Shown: positions 39,461 through 50,887, numbered from the stretch's first letter. The stretch is 64,000 nucleotides of DNA from Octopus sinensis (GCF_006345805.1 NC_042999.1:40858001-40922000), one strand, 5' to 3'. The notes: a model not told the origin generated them from the sequence alone. Program-made: numbers and translations.

Positions 39461-40310
39461 TATAAAAATAATGTTTAAAGATTTGGCTGTTATCTCTAGC
39501 ATGTACAAATACCTTTTAGGCTTAACTATGTGCTTGTTGAAAATTGTTTTTAAAACTATTGGAGTCGATACATTCGACTAAAAATTCTTCGAGGTGATGC
39601 CCCAGCATGGCCCAAGTTTAATGATTGCAACAAGTAAAATGAAAATAAAAACGAAATATATCAGAAGTTTTGACCAGGTTAGACGTCAGGAAATGTGAAA
39701 AAATAACTGAAAAATGTAAGCATTGGGCTTTCATCCTCTTTCACACTTTAAGTAGGAGCTTTTGTCCGTACCCCTGTTCAGCACCCCCAGTTGCAATCAG
39801 CTGGCTACGTGGCTCTACTAGTTCCTGCATCCCTTTAGACAACGGTGTAAAAGGATACGGGAAATTCATGAAATTGGTAGGTCGACTTTGCCTGACGATT
39901 GTGTATTTAGCTTTTAAGTTATACATAAAAAATAATCAATGTGTCGATGTATTGTTTATTTTGCTTCAATCAGCCACACCGTGAGAGCGAGTACGATCTG
40001 CCCGCCATTTAAATCACCAGATATTTTTCCTGGAAGTCTTTTCTCTGCAGACCAGCGAGCTCGCAGTGAGGGTCTCCGTCTACAGTTCGTCTGTTATGAA
40101 TTTGGGGGCAGCGCCCTACGCGTGCCCAATACTCTCTAGGCCACATGATTTCACTTCAAATCTGAGCACTGATGACATTACACCGTCATGTTACCAACTC
40201 TATCTCTGATCATTGTGGTTGCAACGGTTGGAAATCCACCCTTGTGACTACTTACTTTCAGCTCTTCCTGCTAGAAATATCAGTTACACATCTCTAATAT
40301 TAAAACTTAC

Positions 40311-40329
40311 CGTTTAAGAAAGGAAAATA
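40311..40329 (-). other. 3' half of a putative 54-nt exon, ending at a GTAAGT donor (40310-40305)
   Basis: Minus strand ...TTTTCCTTTCTTAAACG|GTAAGTTTT directly beside the mariner TA. Confidence 0.35.
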
Positions 40330-40410
40330 TTGGGTTGTCCGGAAAGTTCGTGCCGATTATTAAAGAAAAGAAAAAGGTCAATAAATACTTGCCATTACAT
40401 TTTTAATCGA

Positions 40411-42160
40411 CCACATCTGAACCATGTGGTCGGTTGTGTTTTTTTCGGCTCCTGAAAATTCGGTAAAAAAGAACAAAAAGCGTTGTTGTTGTTGTGGAAA
40501 TTCTGAACGGCGTTGATGCGGTTTCGCGTTTCGCTCGTTCGGCGCGTTAAACTTTTTTCTGTTTTGGCGGCCGTTTTCGGTCTGTCAGACAGGAGGAAAT
40601 GGACTGTGAGTCTCTAACAGACTTGTCCACGACAGATGAGGAACTGGAACAGGCAATTGCAATGAAGCTGATGGAAGAAAAGGCTGGAGTTTTCGAGTCT
40701 TTATCAGACTTGCCTACGTCTGAGAAGGAGCTAGAAATGGCAGCGAGGAATTTGGAAGAGAAGCTGAGTTATACCTATGCCGGTGTAACCAAGAAGGCGG
40801 AAGAGAAAGGGGTCGACATGGCCAAGTTGCCAAGTTACCAGAAATACATGAAAAAGGAAAGCGGTGAGGTGGAACTATCAGCGACACCCAGGAGAAAGGA
40901 ATGGTATGATAAGAGGACCATTAGTTACAGGGTGTTCGCAAACGAAAGGAAGAGGGTAGAAGTTGTAACCATGCAGTGGATAGAGGAAGCCTTGCGACGA
41001 ACTGAGGAGGAAATAAATTTTCTGACTCGAGGATCCAAGTATGGGACCGTAGTTGTGCACTTTAAAAGTGAATCTGCAGCGAGGAAGATGGCGGCGAAGG
41101 CGGTGAAGTCGGAAAAGTTAACACTGTTACCTACGTATTTAAACAGGAGGATTACACGAATAAGGGTGGAGGGAGTGCCACCAAACGTGGAGGCAGAATG
41201 GATTGTGGTGGCTGTGATCAGCGGCACGAGGACGAAGTGGATATTCTCCATGCCTCGGTTAAGTCCGAGGGCTGGAGAGGCGTAACAGTGGAGCTGAACG
41301 TACAGGCAGAGACCGAGGTACTGGTGGACCTGACGGAAAGCATCAGATTGGGAGACGTGATCATGAGAGTGTGGGTGGAGGGCAGGGCTCCACGTTGTTA
41401 CAAGTGTGGCCTGAGGGGTCACATAAGAGCCTTCTGCCCTCCCCCAGGGAAAAAATGGATTCCGAACCACAGGAGAGAAGCAGAAACCAGAGGAGAAGGA
41501 GACAGTAGAAGAGGAAGAGAATACACAGAAATGGAAGGAAGTGGAAGTAAGAGAAGAGAAGAATACGTGGAAAAGAAAATAATATGGAACTCCAATCCAC
41601 CCCAAAACCACCTACGCCCTCTGAGTCCCACCCTATCCATGCAGACATTGAACCCACCCGCCCCCCCCAACAAGAAAACAAAAGAAAAAAAGGAATACAC
41701 ACACACAAGAGATTGAAATCGATATCAGGCCGTACATTTGTACTATGACTGAACAGAAAGAAGTTAAAAGTCTAATGGAAGAGTATAAATGGTATGAAGT
41801 TGGTGAGACTAGGTGCTGTGATTGAAAAGAAGAATTTGATGAGTTTATGGTGAGGTGTGAAAGGGAGAATTGGGAGGTGAAAGATATAAGAATGAGCGAT
41901 GAATTCGTGGAAAATATGGATGAGTATTTCGGAGTAAGAATGGATATGGAATTTATTCGTATTGGCAAAGAACATTCAAGTGACTATGAAAAACAAAGGA
42001 CAGGTAAGTGATGCTGACGGACGGGGCCGTTGGTATCGCTTTCATTTTATCATTTTTTCGTTTAACAATTCATTTTCATAAAGTTTAATTATAATGTTAT
42101 ATGTCCCCATGTCTCTTGGTGTCCCCCTCTGTGTCGCCCCTAGTGGGTAATAAAGAATCA
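40411..42160 (+). mobile_element. ORF1-only retroelement, unit 1 (1750 bp)
   Basis: CpG-rich 188-nt leader, ORF, 3' UTR ending GCCCCTAGTGGGTAATAAAGAATCA. Confidence 0.85.
40599..42011 (+). pseudogene. Tx1/L1-type ORF1p (gag-like; RRM-like + CX2CX4HX4C), frameshifted as assembled
   Basis: SYTYAGV; FLTRGSKYGTVVVHFKSESAA; LLPTYLNRRITRIRVEGVPPN; RCYKCGLRGHIRAFCP. Indels at ~41225 and downstream. Confidence 0.8.
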
Positions 42161-43927
42161 CCACATCTGAACCATGTGGTCGGTTGTGTTTTTTTCGGCT
42201 GCTGAAAATTCGGTAAAAAAGAACAAAAAGCGTTGTTGTTGTTGTGGAAATTCTGAACGGCGTTGATGCGGTTTCGCGTTTCGCTCGTTCTGCGCGTTAC
42301 ACTTTTTCTGTTTTGGCGGCCGTTTTCGGTCTGTCAGACAGAAGGAAATGGACTATGAGTCTCTAACAGACTTGTCCACGACAGATGAGGAACTGGAACA
42401 GGCAATTGCAATGAAGCTGATGGAAGAAAAGGCTGGAGTTTTCGAGTCTTTATCAGACTTGTCTACGTCTGAGAAGGAGCTAGAAATGGCAGCAAGGAAA
42501 TGGAAGAGAAGCTGAGTTATACCTATGCCGGTGTAACCAAGAAGGCAAGAGGCGGAAGAGAAAGGGGTCGACATGGCCAAGTTGCCAAGTTACCAGAAAT
42601 ACATGAAAAAGAAAAGCGGTGAGGTGGAACTATCACCGACACCCAGGAGAAAAGAATGGTATGATAAGAGGACCATTATTTACAGGGTGTTCGCAAACGA
42701 AAGGAAGAGGGTAGAAGTTGTAACCATGCAGTGGATAGAGGAAGCCCTGCGACGAACTGAGGAGGAAATAAATTTTCTGACTCGAGGATCCAAGTACGGG
42801 ACCGTAGTTGTGCATTTTAAAAGTGAATCTGCAGCGAGGAAGATGGCGGCGAAGGCGGGGAAGTCAGAAAAGGTAACACTGTTACCTACGTATTTAAACA
42901 GGAGGATTACACGAATAAGGGTGGAGGGAGTGCCACCAAACGTGGAGGCAGAATGGATTGTGGCGGCTGTGATCAGCGGCCACGAGGACGAAGTGGATAT
43001 TCTCCATGCCTCGGTTAAGTCCGAGGGCTGGAGAGGCGTAACAGTGGAGCTGAACGTACAGGCAGAGACCGAGGTACTGGTGGACCTGACGGAAAGCATC
43101 AGATTGGGAGACGTGATCATGAGAGTGTGGGTGGAGGGCAGGGCTCCACGTTGTTACAAGTGTGGCCTGAGGGGTCACATAAGAGCCTTCTGCCCTCCCC
43201 CAGGGAAAGAAATGGATTCCGAACCAGAGAGAGAGAAGCAGAAACCAGAGGAGAAGGAAACAGAGGAAGAGAATACACAGAAATGGAAGGAAGCTGGAAA
43301 TAAGAGAAGAGAAGAAGAATACGTGGAAAAGAAAATAATATGGAACTCCAATCCACCCCAAAACCACCCACGCCCTCTGAGTCCCACCCTATCCATGCAG
43401 ACATTGAACCCACCCGCTCCCCCCCAACAAGAAAACAAAAAAAAAAAAAAGAATACACACACACAAGAGATTGAAATCGATATCAGGCCGTACATTTGTA
43501 CTATGACTGAACAGAAAGAAGTTAAAAGTTAATGGAAGAGTATAAATGGTATGATGTTGGTGTGGTGAGACTAGGTATGCTGTGATTGGAAAAGAAGAAC
43601 TTTGATGAGTTTATGGTGAGGTGTGAATGGAGAAAGGAGATTGGGAGGTGATGATATAAGAACGAGCGATGAATTCGTGGAAAATATGGATGAGTATTTG
43701 GAGTAGAATGATATGGAATTTATTCGTATTGGCAAAGAACATTCAAGTGACTATGAAAAACAAAGGACAGGTAAGTGATGTTGACGGACGGGGCCGTTGG
43801 TATCGCTTTCATTTTATCATTTTTTCGTTTAACAATTCATTTTCATAAAGTTTAATTATAATGTTATATGTCCCCATGTCTCTTGGTGTCCCCCTCTGTG
43901 TCGCCCCTAGTGGGTAATAAAGAATCA
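42161..43927 (+). mobile_element. ORF1-only retroelement, unit 2 (1767 bp)
   Basis: Direct head-to-tail repeat of unit 1. Confidence 0.85.
42348..43778 (+). pseudogene. ORF1p copy 2; 319-aa open core at 42573-43532
   Basis: Same motifs; -1 at ~42500, 7-bp duplication at ~42547, indels after ~43530. Confidence 0.8.
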
Positions 43928-45686
43928 CCACATCTGAACCATTTGGTCGGTCGTGTTTTTTTACGCTCGTAAAATTCGGTAAAAAAGAACAAAAAGCGTT
44001 GTTGTTGTTGTGGAAATTCTGAACGGCGTTGACGCGGTTTCGCGTTTCGCTCGTTCGGCGAGTTAAACTTTTTTCCTGTTTTGGCGGCCGTTTTCGGTCT
44101 GTCAGACAGAAGGAAATGGACTATGAGTCTCTAACAGACTTGTCCACGACAGATGAGGAACTGGAACAGGCAATTACAATGAAGCTGATGGAAGAAAAGG
44201 CTGGAGTTTTCGAGTCTTTATCAGACTTGTCTACGTCTGAGAAGGAGCTAGAAATGGCAGCGAGGAAATTGGAAGAGAAGCTGGGTTATACCTATGCCGG
44301 TGTAACCAAGAAGGCGGAAGAGAAAGGGGTTGACTTGGCCAAGCTACCAAGTTACCAGAAATACATGAAAAAGGAAAGCGGTGAGGTGGAACTATCACCG
44401 ACACCCAGGAGAAAAGAATGGTATGATAAGAGGACCATTATTTACAGGGTGTTCGCAAACGAAAGGAAGAGGGTAGAAGTTGTAACCATGGAGTGGGTAG
44501 AGGAAGCCCTGAGAAGAACTGAGGAGGAAATTAATTTTCTGACTCGAGGATCCAAGTACGGAACCGTAGTGGTACATTTTAAAAGTGAATCTGCAGCGAG
44601 GAGATGGCGGCGAAGGTGGTGAAGTCAGAAAAGGTAACACTGTTACCTACGTATTTAAACAGAAGGATTACACGGATAAGGGTGGAGGGAGTGCCACCAA
44701 ACGTGGAGGCAGAGTGGATTGTGGCGGCTGTGATCAGCGGCCACGAGGAGGAAGTAGGATATTCTCCATGCCTCGGTTAGTCCGAGGGCTGGAGAGGCGT
44801 AACAGTGGAGCTGAACGTACAGGCAGAGACCGAGGTACTGGTGGACCTGGCGGAAAGCATCAGATTGGGAGACGTGATCATGAGAGTGTGGGTGGAGGGC
44901 AGGGCTCCACGTTGTTACAAGTGTGGCCTGAGGGGTCACATAAGAGCCTTCTGCCCTCCCCCAGGGAAAGAAAGTGATTCCGAACCACAGAGAGAGAAGC
45001 AGAAACCAGAGGAGAAGGAGACAGTAGAAGAGGAAGAGAATACAGAAATGGAAGGAAGTTGGAAATAAGAGGAAGAGAAGAATACGAGGAAAAGAAAATA
45101 ACATGGAACACCAATCTACCCCAAAACCACCCACGCCCTCTGAGTCCCACCCTATCCATGCAGACAGTGAACCCATCCGCTCCCCCCCCAACAAGAAAAC
45201 AAAAGAAAAAAATAATACAAACACACTAGAGATTGAAATCGATATCAGGCCGTACATTTGTACTATGACTGAACAGAAAGAAGTTAAAAGTCTGATGGAA
45301 GAGTATAAATGGTATGAAGTTGGTGAGACTAGGTATGCTGTGATTGAAAAGAAGAACATAGATGAGTTTATGGTGAGGTGTGAAAGGGAGAATTGGGAGG
45401 TGAAAGATATAAGAATGAGCGATGAATTCGTGGAAAATATGGATGAGTATTTCGGAGTAAGAATGGATATGGAATTTATTCGTATTGGCAAAGAACATTC
45501 AAGTGACGATGAAAAACAAACGACAGGTAAGTGATGCTAACGGACGGGGCCGTTAGTATCGCTTTCATAATATCATTTTCTTTCACTTAACAATTCATTT
45601 TTCATAAACTTTAATTATAATGTTCTATGTCCCCATGTCTTTTGGTGTCCCCCTCTGTGTCGCCCCTAGTGGGTAATAAAGTATCA
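43928..45686 (+). mobile_element. ORF1-only retroelement, unit 3 (1759 bp)
   Basis: Direct repeat with private substitutions. Confidence 0.85.
44116..45534 (+). pseudogene. ORF1p copy 3; intact N- and C-termini
   Basis: Same motifs; single-base indels at ~44600, ~44755-44780 and ~45060. Confidence 0.8.
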
Positions 45687-45752
45687 CCATGTTCTAAAAT
45701 AAGTCGAAAGGTAAGCTGCTATAAATCGGCACGAACTTTCTGGACAACCCAA

Positions 45753-45789
45753 TACAAATGGGATAGTTTAGTTCATAGGCACACAATGT
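45753..45789 (-). other. 5' half of the putative 54-nt exon, preceded by a strong acceptor
   Basis: Minus strand TCTTTTCCTTTTTCTTTTTATTCAG|ACATTGTGTG... Confidence 0.35.
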
Positions 45790-46329
45790 CTGAATAAAAA
45801 GAAAAAGGAAAAGACGATTGTCCCTGTTGGCACGCCTTTGTTCCCAGTTTTGCTCCATCTTTATTCTAGTGTTCGTTTAAATGGTCTCAGTCGCAGGGCA
45901 GTGGCCATGCTGGAGCACCGCCATAACGTATTTTCTATCGGTTTTGTTGTCGCTTTATTGCGGGAAGTTGGTCTATGATTGAGTTTGCAGCAGCTAATCT
46001 TCTCTGAGTGTATCCTTGAATGCTGTCTTGAACTGTGGCCAAATAACAAGAAATAATTATTTGATGCTGGAGACATTGTCATCATCGTTGTCGCCCTCTA
46101 TGTCATCATTGTCGCCATCGCCATCATCATCGAAAGATTCGATGCATTTTCTTGTTTACTTGTGTGTCTCATCTGAAAAAACAATTCATTTATTTATATA
46201 TTTATTTTCATGGTTATTTGTCCTTCTGTGTTTCACCTGCTCTTATTTCTAGTAACCTGGTCACCTTCTCTCTTCATACCAAGCACTTTGTCCTCTATGA
46301 AACCTGTATTTGTTATTAGAAGCTGATTA

Positions 46330-46800
46330 TGCTCAAACCTCTCTCCCTCCCTCCCTTTCCCTCTCTCTCCTTATCTCTTTCTCCCGCGCTCCCTCTGTTC
46401 CTTCCCTCTCTCTCCTTATTCTCTTTCTGTCTCCCTCTCTTACTCTCTCACTTTCTCTCTCTCTTTCTTCCTCTCTCTCCCCCTCTCTCTCTCACTTTTA
46501 CTCTCCCCTTTTCCTCTCTCCCACCCTTTCTCACTATCTCACACTCTTCTCCTCTTTCTCACTCTTTCGCTCTCCCTTCTCTCACTCTCTTCTCTCTCTC
46601 TCTCACTCGCCTCTCACTCGCTCTCGCTCTCTCACTCCCCCTCTCTCCCTCGCTCACTCGCTCTCTCTCTCTCTCTCACTCGACTCTCTCCCTCTCTTAC
46701 TAACCCTCTTTCTCTCTCACTTTCCTTCTCTCTCACACTCCATCTCTCTCTCACACTCCATCTCTCTCTCACTTTCCTTCTCTCCCTCTCATTCTCACGC
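46330..46800. repeat. ~470-bp polypyrimidine (CT-rich) tract
   Basis: Directly visible. Confidence 0.95.
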
Positions 46801-47127
46801 GCACGCGCATACACATACACAGAACTACAAGACGCCCGCACTGTCACGCAGACATGCATAAACAAATAAACCCAGCAGGGGGAAGTTTTGGCCTTTGCCC
46901 TGCACTTCAAACCTAGCGATGTCACTGTGTTCATGTCCAGCTCGAATTTCTTTCGTTCGATATCTTTAGGGAAAAAAAAACCCAAACCAAAGATGGGTCG
47001 ACACAGAATTGACCACTTGAGAATAAAGATTAGTAAGAGATGTTTAGTGTAGGGTTCACCGTAGCAGTTGAGAAAAGCTGAAGACAGATAACGGGACTTT
47101 TTAATATGTAGGCTAGTATTAGGGTTG

Positions 47128-47519
47128 AGTGGAGGCGCAATGGCCCAGTGGTTAGGGCAGCGGACTCGCGGTCATAGGATCGCGGTTTCGATTCCCAGAC
47201 CGGGCGTTGTGAGTGTTTATTGAGCGAAAACACCTAAAAGCTCCACGGGGCTCCGGCAGGGGATGGTGGTGATCCCTGCTGTACTCTTTCACCACAACTT
47301 TCTCTCACTCTTACTTCCTGTTTCTGTTGTACCTGTATTTCAAGGGGCCGGCCTTGTCACTCTCTGTGTCACGCTGAATATCCCCGAGAACTACGTTAAG
47401 GGTGCACGTGTCTGTGGAGTGCTCAGCCACTTACACGTTAATTTCACGAGCAGGCTGTTCCGTTGATTCGGATCAACCGGAACCTTCATCGTCGTAACCG
47501 ACGGAGTGCTTCCATCATC
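47128..47519 (+). mobile_element. Full-length SINE family C (main tail) with 10-bp TSD
   Basis: ATTAGGGTTG at 47118-47127 and 47520-47529; tRNA-like head with A and B boxes. Confidence 0.9.
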
Positions 47520-47623
47520 ATTAGGGTTGTATAAAAGATATTAGTACAAAGACTCGGATATAAATATAGGCTATGACAGAACAGAATGCATAAACACTGG
47601 TTTTCGTGAAATTATAATGCAAG

Positions 47624-47862
47624 TTCTGTTGTGTCTGGGGAAAGTAATTTTCTTTTTGTGCCTTATAATGTAACACACTCACCGGTAAAATTTCCACGTG
47701 TTTCTTATTTTTATTTTCCTAAAATTTTCGTATAGTCTTGCAACAGTTTCAATAGTTTTGAGAGTCAAGACTATTGAAAATGTTGCAAGTGGAAATTTTA
47801 CCGGTGAGTGTGTTACATTATAAGGCACAAAAAGAAAACGACTCTCCCCAGACACAACAGAA
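47624..47862. repeat. Fold-back/MITE-like palindrome, ~74-bp outer arms plus inner 20-bp stem
   Basis: TTCTGTTGTGTCTGGGGA...ACCGGTAAAATTTCCAC versus GTGGAAATTTTACCGGT...TCCCCAGACACAACAGAA. Confidence 0.85.
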
Positions 47863-47941
47863 TATGCTTCAACACACGAACTCATATAAAGAATCTTGCA
47901 AACCAAATCCAAAAACGAAATATAATGCAAGTTTATATATT

Positions 47942-48358
47942 TATTTCTTTACTACCCACAAGGGGCGAAACACGTGAGGGGACAAACAAGGACAGACAAA
48001 CGGATTAAGTCGATTACATCGACCCCAGTGCGTAACTGGTACTTAATTTATCGACCCCGAAAGGATGAAAGGCAAAGTCGACCTCGGCAGAATTTGAACT
48101 CAGAACGTAACGCAGACGAAATACCTATTTCTTTATTACCCACAAGGGGCTAAACATAGAAGGGGCAAACAAGGACAGACATAGGTATTAAGTCGATTAC
48201 ATCGACCCCAGTGCGTAACTGGTACTTAATTTATCGACCCCGAAAGGATGAAAGGCAAAGTCGACCTCGGCGGAATTTGAACTCACAACGTAATGGCAGA
48301 CGAAATACTGCTAAGCATTTCGCCCAGCGTGCTAACGTTTCTGCCAGCTCGCCGCCTT
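47942..48358 (-). mobile_element. SINE family B dimer (full + headless)
   Basis: Same GTATTTCG junction at ~48124. Confidence 0.88.
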
Positions 48359-48695
48359 ATGCAAATTTATATAGTTTAACGCGAACAGACAAGGGAGACA
48401 CACGCATATATACACGGTAATATATCCTTTATTCTTTATCTGTTACTTGCTTCAGTCATTTGACTGCGAGAGACATACTGGTGTACTACCTTGAACGATC
48501 GTAGTTGAACGAATCGACCTCAGGAGGTTTTTTTTTTCTAAGCTTAGTACTTATTCTATCGGTTCTTTTGCCGAACCGCTAAGTTACAGAAATGCAGACA
48601 TACCAACACCGATGGTGAAAAAACACAAGCACAAAAATATGACAGATCTCTCTCTCTCCTCTTCTCTATCTCTCTCTCTCTATATATATATATTC

Positions 48696-49267
48696 TGGTT
48701 CCTTTACTGATGAGCGCGTGGCCTTTTGGAAGATTGTGGGTCGAACGGCTTATTGTAGCCGTTCCTCAATTGTTGTTGAATTTATTCATAGTCTCTGACT
48801 ATCTCCTTTTTCTCACTAGACCGCTGGTGGCAAAATAATTTCTATTGAATTTTTTGCTACCCTAAATTGATTAACTGATGATTTTCTGATTAATTCCAAA
48901 ATTGAATCGGCAGTTTATATTTGCTGCCGATAAGTTGGCGCGAGTACGATGATTTTGAAATTGTTAAGTCAGATATTGCCTAGGCATGGATGTAGCTGCC
49001 TCGTGTAATTTCTGTCCCTTCTGGCTCCTTTACTGATGAGCGCGTGGCCTTTTGGAAGATTGATTTGATTAAGTTTAATTTAATTTAATCAGGCTGGTTT
49101 ACCATTAAAAAACGCCCAAACAATGCATTGTCTAAAGAAGAACAGGATAAATGTTTTTTCATTTTTCCTTAGATTTCGGAATTACTACTATTTGCGGTTT
49201 GAGCCCTGGCTGCTATTTCTAGTGGGTCGAACGGCTTATTGTAGCCGTTCCTCAATTGTTGTTGAAT
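48696..49267 (+). mobile_element. TA-flanked, partially tandem/permuted element (A-B-A-C-B')
   Basis: Block A at 48696 and 49021; block B start at 48736 and 49221. Confidence 0.7.
49028..49137 (+). ncRNA. Decayed type I hammerhead with long stem II
   Basis: CTTTA-CTGATGA-GCGCGT...ACGC[-]C-CAA-ACAATGCATTGT-C-TAAAG: stem I CTTTA/TAAAG, 12-nt palindromic stem III, GUC site; G12 reads C and one stem G is missing. Confidence 0.55.
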
Positions 49268-49433
49268 ATATATAAATATATTTATATATATATATATACG
49301 ACGGGCTCCTTTCTTATTTCGTCAAACAAATCCACTCACAAGGCTCTGGTAGGCCCGAGGCTATACTTCAAGACGCTAGCGCAAAGGTGCTACGCAGTGA
49401 GACTGAACCCAGGACCACACAGCTACGCCTGCG

Positions 49434-49489
<56 letters not shown>

Positions 49490-49590
49490 GTTATTAGCAT
49501 TATCCTGCCTTTGAGAATTTAAAATCAATTCTTTAACTTTCTTAGACATCGCCACGCTTCTAAAGCAACATTCGTTTGTTTACGTTCATC

Positions 49591-49648
<58 letters not shown>

Positions 49649-50842
49649 TGTGGTTGTATTCATGCATCTATGTATGTCAGTGTGCGCGTATGTATGTTTG
49701 TGTGTGCGTGTATGAATGAAAGTTTATTTGATGCACGTAATTATATGTATATAAAATTGTATCTCTCTCCATATATATATATATATATATATATGCTCTC
49801 ATATATTTTTGTACGTGTGTGTAATCACACATGTATGAGTATATATTTCTATGAGTATGTAAACGTGTAATTAGTGTATTTGAGTAATATACAAATTTAG
49901 TCACATCCATCATAACACATCATACACCTATATACATGTACCCATATGTGTGTTTCTGTGTATATTTATATGTATATATATGTGCTATGTGCATATATTT
50001 ATGTGAATACGCGCGTGTGTGTGTGTGTGTGTAAAATGACTCAACACACACATGTGTGCGCTCGCACAAATGTAAATACATTCATGTATAAAAATGAATA
50101 CGTATATGTGTCCGTATAGATATGTATATGGCTATATAACTATGATAATTGTTTCGGATTTCGATTTTCATGAGTTTCATGAGCGGACTGACATTTAGTG
50201 TATTATACCCTGGAGGAAAAAGAATTATTATCAACATTCAATAAATTTCGCCTAAGGTTGACGTTTCAAGCAAACCTATCTGCAGTAAACTTCTTGTATG
50301 TCACGATCAGCTAAATATTCAAAACACACGAACTTTTTAAGGGAACCACACATCTCAACACATAGTTAAAATACGAAATTTAAGCAGCCAACCAATTATA
50401 AAATCATCTCTAAAGTGACATCTAGCGGAATCTAGCTTAACTACGATCTACGCACATCAGATAACGTTCAATGATATCCAGTTAGTTTTTTTAGTTTTCA
50501 TAACGTTCAGTACTAAAATGTTTATATAAATAGAAAATCATTGGGTTTTTTTAAACTTATGCCAGCCGTGTTTGACAATGAAGAAATGCGTTCCAAATAT
50601 GACCATTCCATCCATTCTAGTCAATTAAGAGATCGGAATACATTAACCAGATATGTCGGTTTTGTTTTTTTTTTTTGCTTTTTGTTTTTTTCAAGATGCT
50701 ATAGTAATGTTTGAGGGAGCTTTGGCTGTTGTTTCATTTAGACCAAGAGATTGAATTGAGACGTAAGTATCCACAACAAGCTTCGTAGTATTGCGGTTTT
50801 ATAATAGTTTTATAATCGAGTATAACAATTTGGCTGTTCAGG

Positions 50843-50887
<45 letters not shown>

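Larger units (their letters stand above)
40330..45752. mobile_element. Composite element: mariner TIRs enclosing three tandem ORF1-only retroelements
   Basis: 29-bp TIRs TTGGGTTGTCCGGAAAGTTCGTGCCGATT (40330-40358) and AATCGGCACGAACTTTCTGGACAACCCAA (45724-45752), one mismatch, TA on both sides. Confidence 0.88.

Noticed and set aside
40878-45498. Antisense ORFs up to 278 aa within the tandem array, and alternative-frame ORFs in the Tx1 element
   Set aside because: Shadow frames of purine-rich or GC-rich coding strands, with no motifs.
46310-46985. 183-aa and 124-aa Ser/Leu ORFs and the antisense RE-rich ORF
   Set aside because: Products of the CT-rich tract; no promoter could be supported from sequence alone.
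47128-47200. tRNA-like sequences with A/B boxes (also 21137, 23763, 52850, 53710)
   Set aside because: They are SINE heads: no complete acceptor stem, and they run into SINE bodies with TSDs.
50256-50290. Degenerate hammerhead-like motif (minus strand, CTGCAGA...GAAACGTC)
   Set aside because: Core and stem II are broken; too decayed to support.
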